Below the pieces are notes generated by a model, which searched no databases, had not been told where the DNA came from, and saw only the letters and a program-made list of their open reading frames with translations. From NCBI RefSeq assembly GCF_036321535.1, contig NC_087437.1, positions 34,598,001 through 34,662,000 of the forward strand: 64,000 bases of DNA, read 5' to 3'. How positions within the stretch are numbered: the first letter of the stretch is position 1; each line of letters starts with the position of its first letter. Shown here one piece after another: positions 39,621-53,100 of this stretch. The position numbers were made by a program, and so were the translations under genes. Origin of the DNA: Camelus dromedarius. Taxonomy: Eukaryota.

Positions 39621-40289
39621 GGAGTGGTAAAATTGTGTTTGGTGATGATTAATTTTTATCAATGATTAATACTTCTTAATTGAACAAATGAATCAATTCG
39701 AGAGAGTAAGAGGTCATTTGATGAAGTCTTATCTAGTAGAAATAGAGAACAGGGAAGGAACAAGTGACAGGAGTCAGTGAGTAATCAGCGGTGCAGGGTG
39801 TGAAAGAGCAGTATGAATGCTAGATTTTCAGCCCGGATCAGTGTATAAACAGTAATGCCAATTAAAAAAAATGAGATGAGAAGGTGCACATTTAGACTGG
39901 TAGAGTGCAGCTGAGATACCTATATTTTGACTGCATCGTTTGCTGGGTATGGTGGGCCTCAAGCCTTTTGCTCAGTATACTCTGTCCTTTGTGTCGAGGT
40001 GAGGAAGCCCCAGTTAGAAAGCGGAATTGGTCCTTGCTCTGGAGTGGATGGATAGACCCGCCATTGGTAAGGAGCATGTAAGGCGCTTTACATGCACCCC
40101 CTCAAAGCATTTTATAAGCAAGCTATGATTATGTTCCTTTTATAGTGAAGAGAACTATCAGTCTACCGAGAATCCAACTCTGCTGCGTAATCTTGTGCAA
40201 GTTACTTCACCTCTCCGAGCCTTGGGTCCTTCCATTTTAAAAGGTGACTACTACTTACACCGATAGTTGTAAGGATTCAGGGGTGACAG

Positions 40290-40700
40290 AAGGGCCAGAG
40301 AGTCGGAAGAAGACCGAGGCAACCCAAAGCGGCCCGCATACAACCAACACACCGCCCACACTTCCCCTCTCACCTGCCCCCAGGAACCAAAGTTGGGGCG
40401 GGAACTGAGCCTGACGCCTGGCCCGCGCAGTTTGATGACGTCACGCCACTCCTCCGCCACACACCTGCAGCCGCCCGGGAGCCGAAGCAAAGCCAGGCCC
40501 CGCCCCCGGCCGGCGCGGCAGACTGACGTCGAGCTATTCCCGGACTCCTCTGGCTCGGGTGTTAGCTCGAGGGTGGCTCTCCCTCCAAGGATTTTGGAAG
40601 CCAGTGTGCGAGAGGTACAGGCGGTGGGGCTTGCGTGGAGTCGGCGTGACATCAGTTTGTAATGAATGATGGCTTTGGCCTCCTTAAAGGGACGTACCTG
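40290..40700. promoter_or_regulatory. Orphan CpG-island promoter
   Basis: Sharp GC/CpG peak in AT-rich DNA that is not a recognisable repeat; GC boxes at 40395-40403 and 40497-40507; perfect CRE TGACGTCA at 40436-40443 plus CRE variants. Confidence 0.75.
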
Positions 40701-41059
40701 GACCAAGGAGCAGTCTGGTCTGATAGTTGCGCTGAGACACACAGTAGGAATTGGGTAGTTCCTTAGAGCAATGTAGGTGCTGCCTCTCTAGGGGAGTAAG
40801 CAAGACCTCTTATCAAAACTTCTTTAAGGGGTTATATACATGTGTTGCCTCTTCTCGTTTCCAATTGACTCTTCAGCTCATTTCGTATGCTAAAGATTAT
40901 TTATAAAAGATTACTTTTAAAAGGTTAAAGCCCACAAATATGCATGCAGATATACAAATATAAAATGAAAACGTGTCGAAGAGTTTAACTCCTTATAAAG
41001 GAACATGCACAGGTTCCAAAGAATCCAAAGATACGTAGTCTAAAGTATTTTGAAATGAA

Positions 41060-41780
41060 TTTACACCCTTACTTCCCCTCCATCCAATCGATCAGCAAGT
41101 TCATTGACTCAACTTCCAAAACTGGATTCATTTCTCCATTTTCACAAACACCATTTTACTCTGAGCCGAAATCATCTGTGGATAGGCCTACTGCCTTCCA
41201 ACTGGCCTCATACCTTCTCCAGTCCATTTTCTACACGCTTCCAAAGGGATCTTTTAAAAGGTCAAACAAAAAGTATAATCTAGATTACGTTGCTCCCTTT
41301 GTTAAAATCTACCAATGGCTTCTTCTCTGCTCAGAGATTTAAATCCTCACTCCCTTTGCTTGCTTGTAAAGAACTGCATGATAAAAACAAAAACTGCATG
41401 GTCTACGTGTTCCTCTTCACCTACCTCAACTACCAGTTTCTGTCTTCCTGGTATGCTTCAGGGCCCTCTGGTTGGAATGCTCTTTCCCCTAAATTTTGCA
41501 TTGTTGCTTTTTTTTTTTTTTTTTAATCTTCAGCTCTCAGTTTGAGAATTGTCTATTCAGAGAGGTCTTCGATGACCTTCTATTCTAAAGTGGCCACTCA
41601 ATCATCCTATTTAAGATTTTAAATCTCCACAGAGCCGTCATAACTTTGGTTCATGACACAAGCTCACTTGTTTATTGTCCATATCCTCACCCCCAATTAA
41701 AATGAAAGGATGTTCAGTGAGAAAAGCCCTTATCTACACTGTTTACTGCTGTATTTTCTCAGCTATTAGAACACTTAATG
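41060..41780 (+). mobile_element. L2 fragment
   Basis: CCATCCAATCGATCAGCAAGTTC, CCTCTGGTTGGAATGCTCTTTCCCC, CAGAGAGGTCTTC. Confidence 0.65.
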
Positions 41781-42308
41781 AGTTCAGCTTGTTATTCATC
41801 TCCTGGTTGGGGCTTTATCACTTAAGTGGTTAATTGTCATAACGAAAGTCTCATTATTTAAAATAAGGGTTTCATGAGATGTTTACAAATTGTCTCTGGT
41901 TATGTTATATGAAAAATACTTTGGATTAAAGAAAAATGATGTAAAAAATACTTTCTGTTCTTGATAACCAAAGGATGTTATCAAAGATTTTCTTTTCAAG
42001 GATGCTAGCAGTTTTTTGTTTTTTAATTATTTATATCAATTGCAATCAAGTAAAAGAATTTCGGTTTGATAATTCAATTTAAATTCAATTTAAGATACTT
42101 GGAATGAAACTTTTAAAAACTCACTTATGTAGCTTTTTTTTTTTTTTTGTATGTATGTATCTTTGGCGGACTCTATGTTGGATGCTGGAGAATTTCAAAT
42201 AAAACCTGGTAGAGGTGACATTTGAGTTTTGTCTTCCAATATGAGTAGAGTGAGAATATGACTGGGTGAAAAGGAGAGAAACTGGCACTTTAAGCAAGGG
42301 TGTAAATT

Positions 42309-42805
42309 TGTAACGGAGCAGGACCCTATGGGGCTGTCCCGGGACAGACTCCTTCCCCGTATCCCCTGCTCCAGCCCCTCTCTGAAGTACCCAGATAATA
42401 GTATCTGATACACATTTCCTGGGTTGTTTTACAGATGTGAAAACTCACACCAATTGGAAGATGTTAACTGCTAGATGACCATGAGCGCAGAGCCCCCAGG
42501 CCTCCTGGAGCGTAAGGATTGATAATGTTAACCCCTGTGACCCTGCCCTGTTACCTCACCATCAGCCAATCAGAGGATTGTGCATGAGCTGATCACATAC
42601 CCCGTGACCCTCACTTCCTCACCTTTCCTTTCAAAATGCTTTGCTGAAACCCATCAGGAAGTTAGGGCTTTTTGAGCATTAGCTGTCCCAGAGTCCTTGT
42701 ACAGCACCATACAATAAACACTGCTCTTTCCTTCACCACAGCAGGGTGTTAGTAGATTGGCTTTAGTGCATGCTGGTGAATAGATCCAAGTTTGGTTCTG
42801 TAATA
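42309..42805 (+). mobile_element. ERV1-class solo LTR (497 bp)
   Basis: TGTAAC...GTAATA termini, exact 4-bp TSD AATT (42305-42308 and 42806-42809), CCAAT box, AATAAA at 42713. Confidence 0.88.
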
Positions 42806-44202
42806 AATTCAGGTCATGTTTTGGAAACAGAATATAAATGAGATTAGCTGGAAGTCAGGCAGGAGCCATATCATCAAGGGCCTTAAAGTTGAGGAGTTTG
42901 GATCTTATTCTGTGCAGGAAGCCAACAGAGATTTTAAACTGAGTTGTGACATGGTCCTAAGTTGTTGGTGTTGTTGTGATCGATAACATTGCAACTAATC
43001 GAGTGACATTGGCTATGGAAATGGACCAATATCAACCTTACATACTTAATCAAAATCTGTATGTGCCAGGTATTAGTAAGTGATTATGAATTAAAGGAGT
43101 TTCTAGCAGATCTTAGATTTATCCATTAGAGCCAAATGAGTTATGAAAGAAGATAAATTTATTTTTCAACAATTATTTATAGGGTACCAATCACAATCAA
43201 GCACATGGGGCAACCTTGAAGCTATTTCAGTACATCAAAAGACCTAATAGGAAACTGTACATCCACCCCCCACCCCCGCAACAAGGCTGAATAGGGTGCT
43301 TAAAATGCCATATTTATTTTCTTTGGGTTGGAATTTATAGGAACTCATTATGAGAACACTGATCATCTTAGGCTGATCAGAAACCCTCATGAGATGATAG
43401 AGGTATCTGGGTTTTTAAAAGACAAAGTGAACTGAAATTTAAGGTGGTTTGCTAGGTAAAATTATTCAGAATGTGGAAAAGCTGTTGAATGGAAGGAGAA
43501 TATGCAAAACAGTAAAGTAATGAAATTCAGATCCCACCTTTACAGTCTCTTTTACATAAAAGCCAAACCTGCTTCTCCCCAATTTTCCATCTCACTGGTA
43601 GCCCCACCATTTATTCAGTTACAAAACCCAGAAGCCTGGGCATCATTCTCCACTTGTGCCTCAGTTTACTTCTCTATTTAATCACACATCAAACTATTGA
43701 CTCTACTTCTGAAACATTTCTAGAATTTTACCCTCCTCTTTATTCACATTATTGTAGCCTTGCTGGATGTTATGGGGAACATTCTTCCTTCACCACATGC
43801 TTTTTCCTTTGTTTTGCAGAGTAGGTAGGATTAACAAACTTGAGGAAACCAAAATCTATGTGATTATGATAATACAATAGGGAAGAAAACATGTCATATT
43901 TGTCAAATTCCTGTGAGGTGTTCTGCATTCAACAGTTCTTGCTTAGCTATTTAGTTTTTATTAGAAGAGAGGGAGGAATACGTCCTTCAGTGTCTTGGAT
44001 GAGCTGGAAAGTTGTGATTAGTTATCATAATGGAAACTGTCTCAAGTGATATAAGCAAGGTGTGATGGCAGGGTCACCATAGGTTCACCATTCCTGCCTC
44101 AGGAGGAGTCACCATGTGGTCAGATCACTCCCCTTCTGGGCAGTTGGGCTTGGTGGTGTTCATGCAGAAATGCAAGTCATAACTATTGCTTAGTGGTGTA
44201 CT

Positions 44203-44712
44203 GGATGGGGTTCAGGATGTGCTACCCTGAACCTTGACATATTGAAGATTTTTTCAGCTGAAGAAGTTTGAGAAAACAGAAGAAGCAAGAAGGTCACTTT
44301 GGACTCCCTCCCCAACTTCTTCCCAGAAACAAGTCATAAGAGCCTCGTATGAGAGGAGCTCTCCTTCTACTGGGAAAGGAGCATCCTTACCTCTGAAGAC
44401 AAAGGGACAGAGAAGAATCCAAAGGAACAGGCCCTGCTAAATTGTTTGCCCCAATTTACTACACTTACCTCAGACTCTCTGATCTCTTATATTTCTCCAT
44501 GACTATCTACTCTTCACTAGTTTAGCATAAAAATACTCCTGATTAACCCTTTCTTTGGGTCTTCATTTCCTTATGAAGGCTCCTGTATCATGGAAAAATT
44601 ACATTAAGTAAATTTGTATGCTTTTCTGCTGTTAATCTGTCTTTGTTAGTTTGACTTTCAGACCCAGCCAGGGACTCTAAGAGGGTCGAGGAAAACATTT
44701 TCTTCCCCTGTA
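44203..44712 (+). mobile_element. MER34-like ERV1 solo LTR
   Basis: GATGGGGTTCAGGATGTGCTACCC...GACCCAGCCAGGGACTCTAAGAGGGTCGAGGAAAAC; homologous to 46213-46750. Confidence 0.8.
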
Positions 44713-46212
44713 ATAGGTAATAAAAGTAAAGTTTTTTTCTTAAACCCCTCAAACTTACAGCTTATCCTATGTCCTGATATTACCATCTTTTTACAATAGG
44801 AAGTCAGAGTAAAACCTAGCTCAGTGAGGTAAAAGTTATAGTGGCCTACCCAGCAGCCATTTTCCTCTTTTTCTTTTAATATTTGACACATATTTATACT
44901 AAAAAAATTAATCCTGTGTGTTATTTGTTACCCTAACATTGATATATCCAACAGTCATGTTCCTCAGTAACATATCCTTATGTAAACATATTCAGATTAG
45001 TAAAAAAGTAATTTTTTACAGTGATAATTATTTTTTGGTCAAACATGAATTTTATAGGTAATGAATTGTGCACATCATTACCAAACTAGGACTCCTAACC
45101 TCATACTTTTGAGTAACTAATAAAAAGCCATACTGGAAGTACCAGATTATTTTTTAACAAATATAAACTATATGCTATGGACAAAGAATTAAGTTTCCTG
45201 ACTTAACATTCAGTAAAATGTGTGCAAAACTTTGAAATGACCAAAAAAAAAAAAAAACAAAAAAAAAACAACACTGAATGTTCTGTCTCAGGCATCCTTC
45301 TGGATTATCTCCTGCTCTGATTTTCTTTGAGCTCCTTATAACTCTGTAAATGATAGGCAACTGAGAGCAATGAAAATGCCTCTCATCCATAAACATGCAC
45401 ATAAATTCTGTCCAGTGGAGGGACAATTGATTTCTTTCCCCACCCTCCTGGGAAAAGCCATTTTTGCATCTATTTGTCGATTCATTTTGGCATTCCTTAT
45501 CTATCAAGCTATTGCTTTGAATTCTCCTTTGAACCAGTTGTAATATCTTACTGGTTCCTTCATTAGTTAATGAATTAAATAATTAAATAAAAACTTTGAC
45601 ACATTCATTTTACATTTGCATGAGAATCATGATTTTTACCTTTTAACAGTGTATATCCTTTAGCAGTACATTTGAAAAGACAAATCAATTCACTGATATT
45701 TGATCATTTAGTGCTAGGATATATTGTCAAGCATCTCAGGATGGTTTTGTTTTGTTTTGTTTAGCAATTCCAAAGCAATTTATCTCTTTACACATATTTT
45801 TGGTACTATTTCTTATTAAAGGGAAATAACTGTAATGACCACAAGATGAAATTTGAGGCATTGTTTGTCATAGAGAAACTTGGCAAAGAAACTGGAAGAA
45901 ATGGTGAGGGAAGAGCAAGAGCAATAGAATGATAATAAATATTTTCTTCAGTAAAATAAAAAAATGACTTGAGCCAGATCCTTGGTCATAGATGAACAAT
46001 GCCTCTAGCACCACAGAACCAATGAACAGGTTTAGTCGTAAGCAATCCTGGATGAATCCTTAGGGAAGGAGGGAGGAAGGGAAGAAAGAGGGAAGAATAG
46101 CCTTCAGCATCATCCCCTAGAAGCCAGCCCACCATTTCTGTTCTGTTTTACCCCTTCCAGATATTTCCTCTTCAAAAACAACCCCCTCCCATGAGTGCTG
46201 TCCCTTTAATGC

Positions 46213-46750
46213 TGTAGGAGAGAAAAAGTTTTCCTCCACTCTCTTAGGGTCCCTGGCTGGGCCTGGAAATTAACCTGACAAAGAGATTAAGAGGAGAAAA
46301 GTATGCAATTTTATTGAATTTTTACATGTACATGGGACCCTTCTTAAGAAAATGAAGGGCCAGAAAAAGTGACCAGAGACAGGAAACTCTTACACATTTT
46401 AGACAAAGAAACAATAAATTTGAAGAATTGCCAAGACAAAGGGGTTTGGGCTAGAGATAGTTAAGTGGTGTGGAATGAACCAAGAAGATAAGGGTGAGTT
46501 TAATAAGGTTTGTTTGTATAGATTTCTTGGCTCCAAATTCCCATATCTGTTAATAAGAACATCTTCCCTCCTGCTGGTACAGGGAGGGTACCTTTCACAT
46601 GGGGTTTTATGATCTATTTCAGGGAAGAGGGGGAAACAGAAGAGGTCAGAGTGACCTTCCTGTATCTACCATTCTTAAAATTTTTTCAACTGGAACTATT
46701 TATTATACCAAGGTGTCATGTTTTGGGGTAGTGTGTCTTGAACCCCATCA
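46213..46750 (-). mobile_element. MER34-like ERV1 solo LTR
   Basis: TG...CA termini, near-TSD ATGC/ATGA; reverse complement begins TGATGGGGTTCAAGACACACTACCCC. Confidence 0.8.
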
Positions 46751-47281
46751 ATGACTTGATTGCATGTAGGGACTGTACAGAGAGGTAATACAACAAGTAT
46801 TTCGAGAAGAGTGCAATTGAGAGTCAGCAATTTGAACAGTGGGTCATTCTGGGCTGGACCCTAGAGGAGGTGAGGAGCTGGAGGAAGAGGAACAACCACA
46901 GGGGCATGTGACAGGGTAGACGTGTGCATCTTTCTGAATACTGAGCACAACTTTAGCAGGCTCCCCAGAAACGGCGCTTTAAGGCTGCACAGCAACCCTT
47001 TCTCCCCCATCTCCACGCCCAGGCCTCCAGCCTCCCTGTCAGGAGCCATCTAAGAAATATTAGGCAAAGGTATGCAAAGGTCCTGAGCACCACTTTGGTG
47101 GAGAGGGTGTTGAGGAGAGAGAGGGCAGGGCTGTGGGAACAGATCTATGGTCTGACGCCAGCAGCAGCAGGCTTCTAGCACAAACTTGTGCACTTGGTGA
47201 GGACAGGGCCATTCCCCAACTCCTGGGCTGTCCTCATACCTCCCAGGGCCCTGAAAGGCCCTGGCTACCACCCCTCCCAAA

Positions 47282-47926
47282 TGTAGGCAAATAGGGCAGG
47301 GGTTCTAAGGAGGGAAATAACCAGACATAACTTTCTTGACGTAAGAGAAGCCATTTTAGGTCTAAGCCATTCTGTGGTCTAAGCGTGACCACAATGCCTG
47401 CTCTTGCAGAAGAATAGTTCTCAGTAGTTAATGATTTTAAGGAAACAAAAGAATGTAAGAACAAACAGCTATTATTAGACCAGGGAAATAAGCATACTGG
47501 AGACAATATATCCATTGTAAAGGTTTCCAGTTCTGTTTTGAAGGTAAAGATTGCTTGAAGCACATTCTTGAGCTATTTTACCAGACCCAGCCCCCTCACT
47601 AGACTAACTGGAACCTGAGGAATGATGATGCTGACCCTCATGACTTCAGTTATCTAGAGCCTGCACTCCGGCTTTGCCCCAATTCCAGGCTGAATCCTCT
47701 TCTACTCAAGCCCCTCATGAGTAGGCATACACAACCCAAACCTCTTCATGAATATACCTTAGCTTAAAACTTCCCCAGTTTTGCTGCTAGGGAGACACGG
47801 CTTTGGGAAAGATCCCCAGTGTTCCCCTTGCTTGCTGCAAGTAATAAATCCTTCTCCTGCTCTTTGGCATGGCTGTGTCTTTTGGCTTGACACCCACAAA
47901 GGAACAAGCCCAGTTTTGGGGTAACA
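47282..47926 (+). mobile_element. ERV1-class solo LTR
   Basis: TGTAGG...GTAACA termini, near-TSD CAAA/CAAT, AATAAA at 47843. Confidence 0.8.
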
Positions 47927-48549
47927 CAATACCCAGTGAGAGTTGTTGGTGCCAGAAATGCCTCTCATCCTAAATGACTTTTTTCTTTTGTGTTAATTGC
48001 CAGGCACAGCATTGCCCTTCCACCACTCATGGCTGCTCCTTCTTTTCTAGACAAGAAAAACTGTAGTAACTTTTTCTTATTAATACCTTACTATATGCTG
48101 TACTATATCTATATCTGTAATCTCTGATTTTCTAAATAACTCTGCAGGACAGCTGTTATCAAAAACTGGGACTTGAACAGTATAAGCAGCTAATTAGGAG
48201 CCTAGGCAGTATTTGAGTGTGGCTGGAGCCTACAGAGCATGAGGGGCCACAGCAGTCTGTGCTGTAAGGCCCTGGGTCTCCCACTATCCCCTGTCCGCTG
48301 TGTGCCCCTGGAATGTGTCCTGTTCTAGGCTCCAGCAGAGGCTTCTACAGGGAGAGATACTGCCTTCAGCTTCATATCTAAATGTCCTCTTTGAGTCCTG
48401 GCCTGGGAGAGGGTAAAGTCCCAGACTCGTGCCAGGGAAATAGTAAACCACAGCCCTGATGAATGTGGCCATAGCTAGTCTGGTTTTAACCTGAACAAGT
48501 CATGCTTACGCAGCCCGATCAAGGGGCCCCTGGATGTCTATAGAGGGCT

Positions 48550-49735
48550 TCTGTGGCAGCTCAAAAGCAGAGCCATCTCTGCAGACCATCCCGAAAATCA
48601 GGCTCAGAACTGACGGTAAGGGCAGCAGGGCTCCAAGAAGAATAGATGTACAACTTCAACAGGTCTCCTCCCGAAAGTTAGGGCTCTGATAGGAAAGAAA
48701 GGGACTATGAGACCTGGGGTAGGGTGGGTGAGTCAGAACCTTAAACCTCAGATTTCCCTGAGCCTTACTACCCATTAGAAGCAGCCTTTTACCCCTCCTG
48801 CCTGGAGGTGGGCAATTACCCTACGTGAAATCTGTACCTCACAGTATGACGCTGGTTCTCCTCAAGACTTTCCCCTACAGCCTCGTATTACCTCTAGGTT
48901 TTTTTAAAAAATTGAAGTATACTCAGTTTACAATGTTGTGTTAGTTTCTGGTGTATAGCATAGTGATTCCCTCTAGGCTTATAATCAGAGTCAGTTCTAA
49001 GCCCAGTCTTAGAAGTGAAACATGAGCCCTGTTCTAGGAACAAATAACTTACCCACCAAAGAAATTGCAGAACCTTGCTAATACAATCAGAAAAGAATGA
49101 GGGAAAAGATAGGTGAGTGGATCTTGAAGGTGTTAATTACTGTGGGAATAGCTAGAGAGTAGGGGAATTCATTGACATGGGGATACTTACCAATGACTCA
49201 GGACTTAAATGTCTAGCATGACACTGGAATTATTTCTAAGAATTGTTTGTGATGGCTCTTTGAACCCTGGGCACAATGAAAGCATACAGTAAATGAAATG
49301 GAGTTTCCAGAATTTCCTAGGCATAGTATTGAGTTGGTTCTTGACGTAGAAAATATTGGAATGGATTTATTATGGAGGGTCCAAGAAGTCATAACACTGG
49401 GTTCCCCAGGAAGGCCAGACACTTCTGTTACTAAGATAAGAAATGCACTGGTGAGAGGCCACTGGCACTTAATTGAAAAGTTCGGTTATTGCTGTTTTCT
49501 GAAGGTGTATAGTCACTGTCATGAAATGGAATTCCTTGATATCAATGGGGATGTTGAGATTCTAGAATGGTAGAGGATAGAAGATAGTACTTAAGCATCA
49601 GAAGCAAAACGATGTAGTGTCTGCAGCAACACCGTAGTGGTAATCAGGGGGCCTTAACCTCTGATCTCTATGCCAATGGCTGAAAGATGATAATGTTCCT
49701 ACATGTGAGATGGATGAGTGTCCAGGTAAGGTGTG
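48550..49735 (+). pseudogene. Decayed ERVL-class gag relic
   Basis: Broken frames give KVRALIGK (48674), PKKLQNLANT, EWILKVL (49115) and EFIDMGILTNDSG (49165), matching ERVL gag motifs in the right order. Confidence 0.75.
48899..48969 (-). mobile_element. 71-bp L1 3'-end micro-insertion
   Basis: T-run followed by AATTGAAGTATACTCAGTTTACAATGTTGTG; TSD CCTCTAGG at 48891-48898 and 48970-48977. Confidence 0.8.
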
Positions 49736-49964
49736 CTTAATTTTATGATATTAGCTTTATCATTTTTATTAAAATTATATGTACTAGTTGTAAAAAATTA
49801 CCATTTTGGGGACCATTCATCCAGATAGGTCTCTGTGCTTTTGTTTGTAATTGTTCATGCATGGGATCTGTAACCTACTTTTTTAGATCGATATTCTGTA
49901 GGCATCTTTCCTTATCTAAGAAGATAAAAATGCATGAGGATTTTGATGATATAAAGGCAACATG

Positions 49965-50190
49965 ACATGGTTTTAAGCATCTAGACATTGGACCATGCTG
50001 CCTGAGTTCAAATACTAGTTCCACCAATTTTAAGCTTTGTGAAAGTACCCTAAGCTCTATGCTTCAGTTTCCTTATCTCTAAAGTGGGTATAATAACACT
50101 ATCTACTTCTTAAGATTATTGTGAGGATTAAATGAGTTAATATATACTCAGATCAGTGCTTGACAAGTGTTACCTATTAATAGCTATTGC
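49965..50190 (+). mobile_element. MIR SINE
   Basis: CCTGAGTTCAAAT...CTTCAGTTTCCTTATCT...TTGTGAGGATTAAATGAG. Confidence 0.8.
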
Positions 50191-53100
50191 TTTATAGTCT
50201 TCTAGTAATGGGCATTTACATTGTTGGGTTTTTTTAACTTGTATAAACAAAACAGCAGTGAACATCTTTGCCCCTGTATCTTCTTAGACCTATGTGATTA
50301 TTTTAAGAAAATTCCTGGAAATTGGATTTCTAGAGCAACAGTCATAACCCTTTTCCCGAATGATGCTTTTTGTATTTTCTAGAATTTGCCTTAAGTTTCT
50401 AGCATGAGAAGTGTGTCCTCCCTGGACTATACTTGTAAATATGAATGTGTCCTGCTATCCCTTTTTAATGATTAAATAGGAATTTGAACTTGGGGGAGAG
50501 AAAATTAGAAAACATGGGCTTAGAATACCATTTGGTGCTTTGTAACCTAAATTGTTTCTAATTCCATCCCCTGCATGTTTTAGCATGAATACAGTAGCAC
50601 TGAATCTTGACCAAAGGTCTCATTTTCAGAACAAGTGAATTAGATCAGTGACCTTGTACTAATGGCCATGATCCTTTGGTAAGTGGTTTTTGCAACATGA
50701 CCCAGTAGTTTAATGGATGATATCTGAGTCTTAAAAAAAATATTTCATTGATCTTCCCACCTTGACACCCAGATGTGGCATTTAGATGCTTTCATGTCTC
50801 CCATCCATAGTTTAACTGATCCTTATGGCAGTAATTGCTGGCGGCTTCCTAGCCCATGGCTCCTTTGTCTCTGAGCCTCTGAACGGTTGTTGATTTCCCT
50901 CTAGGGAAAAGGAGTCTAATCTTTCCACTCTATCCCATCTGTGTTTTCTGCCCCTCTAAGGAAATCCCTACCTTTATTCTCTGCTCTTTTAAAAGTTAAC
51001 TTATTCTTTTCATGAGTCTTTTTCCCTAACCTAACCTCTGAGTGCCTCTCTCTAAACAATATTTCTGTGTAATAGCCCTGTTTTAGGGAGATGTTCATCA
51101 TTCCTTTTCTTTGCATGTGTTCCAGCAGATGGTAGCATGGGGTGGTGGTGAAGTCAGGCATTCAGATTGATTAAAACTGATTTCAATTCATGTTTTTATG
51201 AATCTGTTCTTCATTCATACTTCCACTCATGTTTTCATGTGGGTATCCCTCATTTGCTTAGTCATTATGCACTTATTCCTGCATAAAATATTTATATATT
51301 CTACATGTCTGCATTCAGTATTCACACACTCATCCCAACACACATTCATTCATTCATGCCTTTATTCATTCAATTATTGAATTCATTCATTTATACAGAA
51401 TTCAGATACTCAGCAATTTATTTATTAATTTCTTCTATATCAGCAGGGGAAACAGGAAACCAATGGCACATTCAAATTAGGATGATTTGGAGGGATTATT
51501 TACAAAGGTGTGGGCAGAGTGTGGGAAAACCACAAGACTCAGTGCAGTGTGTTGGGGAGTAGCAACAGATGGGTCCCATCACCACTTCTGGGTCTAAAAG
51601 GGTAAGCGGGGAAAGAAACTGAGATTTTTCATTGTAAGATCCCTATTTGGATGGCAGAGAAAATGGGCATCAATACCGTGACTGAACACTCCTTCCTTTG
51701 GCAGATGTCTTGCCAATGCCTGCTCTACCAGTATTCCCTGAAGGGAACTGGAAACCAGAGTGCAAGAGAGGGGATGGAGGCAATGCACACTGGTCAGCCT
51801 TCTGGGAACAGAGCAGGATGAAGATGGGTGAAGGGTGTACCTGGGGAGGTAAAGGAAAGGTATTCCACATACTCTGAGGTTTAGAGGCCGGTCAGCATTG
51901 CATCTTCCCTCTTCTCCTTTCCTACTACTGGGAAAGAACCAGCAGGGATGGGCAGAAAAAAAAAAAATCCTGCCAAGGAAATTATTTTCATAACGGAAAG
52001 CCACATAGAACAGAGTCAGCCTGGCTATCCATGAATCACTGGATTGTGCTTCTTTGGGAAAGTCTTTTGGGTTCCTCCACTACCCCCACCCAAGAAGGAT
52101 GCTCTCTCCTGGGATGGTATTTTAACAGTACATTGCATCCCGACGACTACCTTCTGCATTCTACGTTCTTTGAAGATGCAGACTGTGTTTTACTTGTCTT
52201 ATGTTCCCCAAGTCTAGCCAGGGCCTGACAGAGAGTAACTGTTGAAGGAGAAGGTGAGTGAACGCATGAATGCTTGAGTCAGAGGGTGCTGAAGAGTTTA
52301 GGAGGATAAGGGTATCTTGAATTTCTTTCACTCTCCCACAAGATGGCAGCAATTACCATGGTTCAGTTTTCTTCCAGCGTGACTCAGGAACACATCTTCA
52401 TTGAGTCTCATGAATAGAATAAGTCTATTTTTAAAAATCACTGTATTAAGGACAAAATAATACACTGATGGTAAGGAAGACAAAAATGCAATTAAATATC
52501 TGCTTTCACTAATATTATTAGATATGGCACTGTAAATTTTACGTTAAAAAGCATTTAGAAAATGTGTTACTAAATTTCTGAAACAAATAAAATTTGCCTT
52601 CTATGCAAATGTTAGAGAAACAAATGAATTATCCCTGCCCTGTATGGTGCCTAGCTATGTAATTTGTTCACCCGAAATCAATCCACGTGCTTAGCTCCTA
52701 AATCCTGTCCTGTTTCCTGCCATCAAAGTTAAAAAGTCCCATAGGTTCTAGTTTCTCAGTGACTTGCTTCTTTTTCCCATTGTCTCTAGACACTTCAGTA
52801 ACTACACATTGTGCTTCTTATACTGGCCTGAGGATGCTTGAATTCATCACTGTTTCAGGTCATATTCACTTTTGAAAAAGGGCACCATTCTTAGAAAGTT
52901 GTTACTAAGTGTTCTTTACAAGCTCAGGGATGATGGTGTCCCATTGAGGTCAAGGGTAACACTTAGTTTTTTGAAAGTGCTTACAATTCCCGAATGTCTT
53001 TAAAAACCAAAAGTGTCTTAAAAATCCTGAATTTTTTTTTAACTTGCAGAAATCTTGCTTGGATTTTACTATTTTTGTACTACAGTAAAGATGCCAAGAC

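Noticed and set aside
40251..40742. 163-aa minus-strand ORF across the CpG island
   Set aside because: GTG start, composition biased to R, G, S and L, typical of GC-rich chance ORFs
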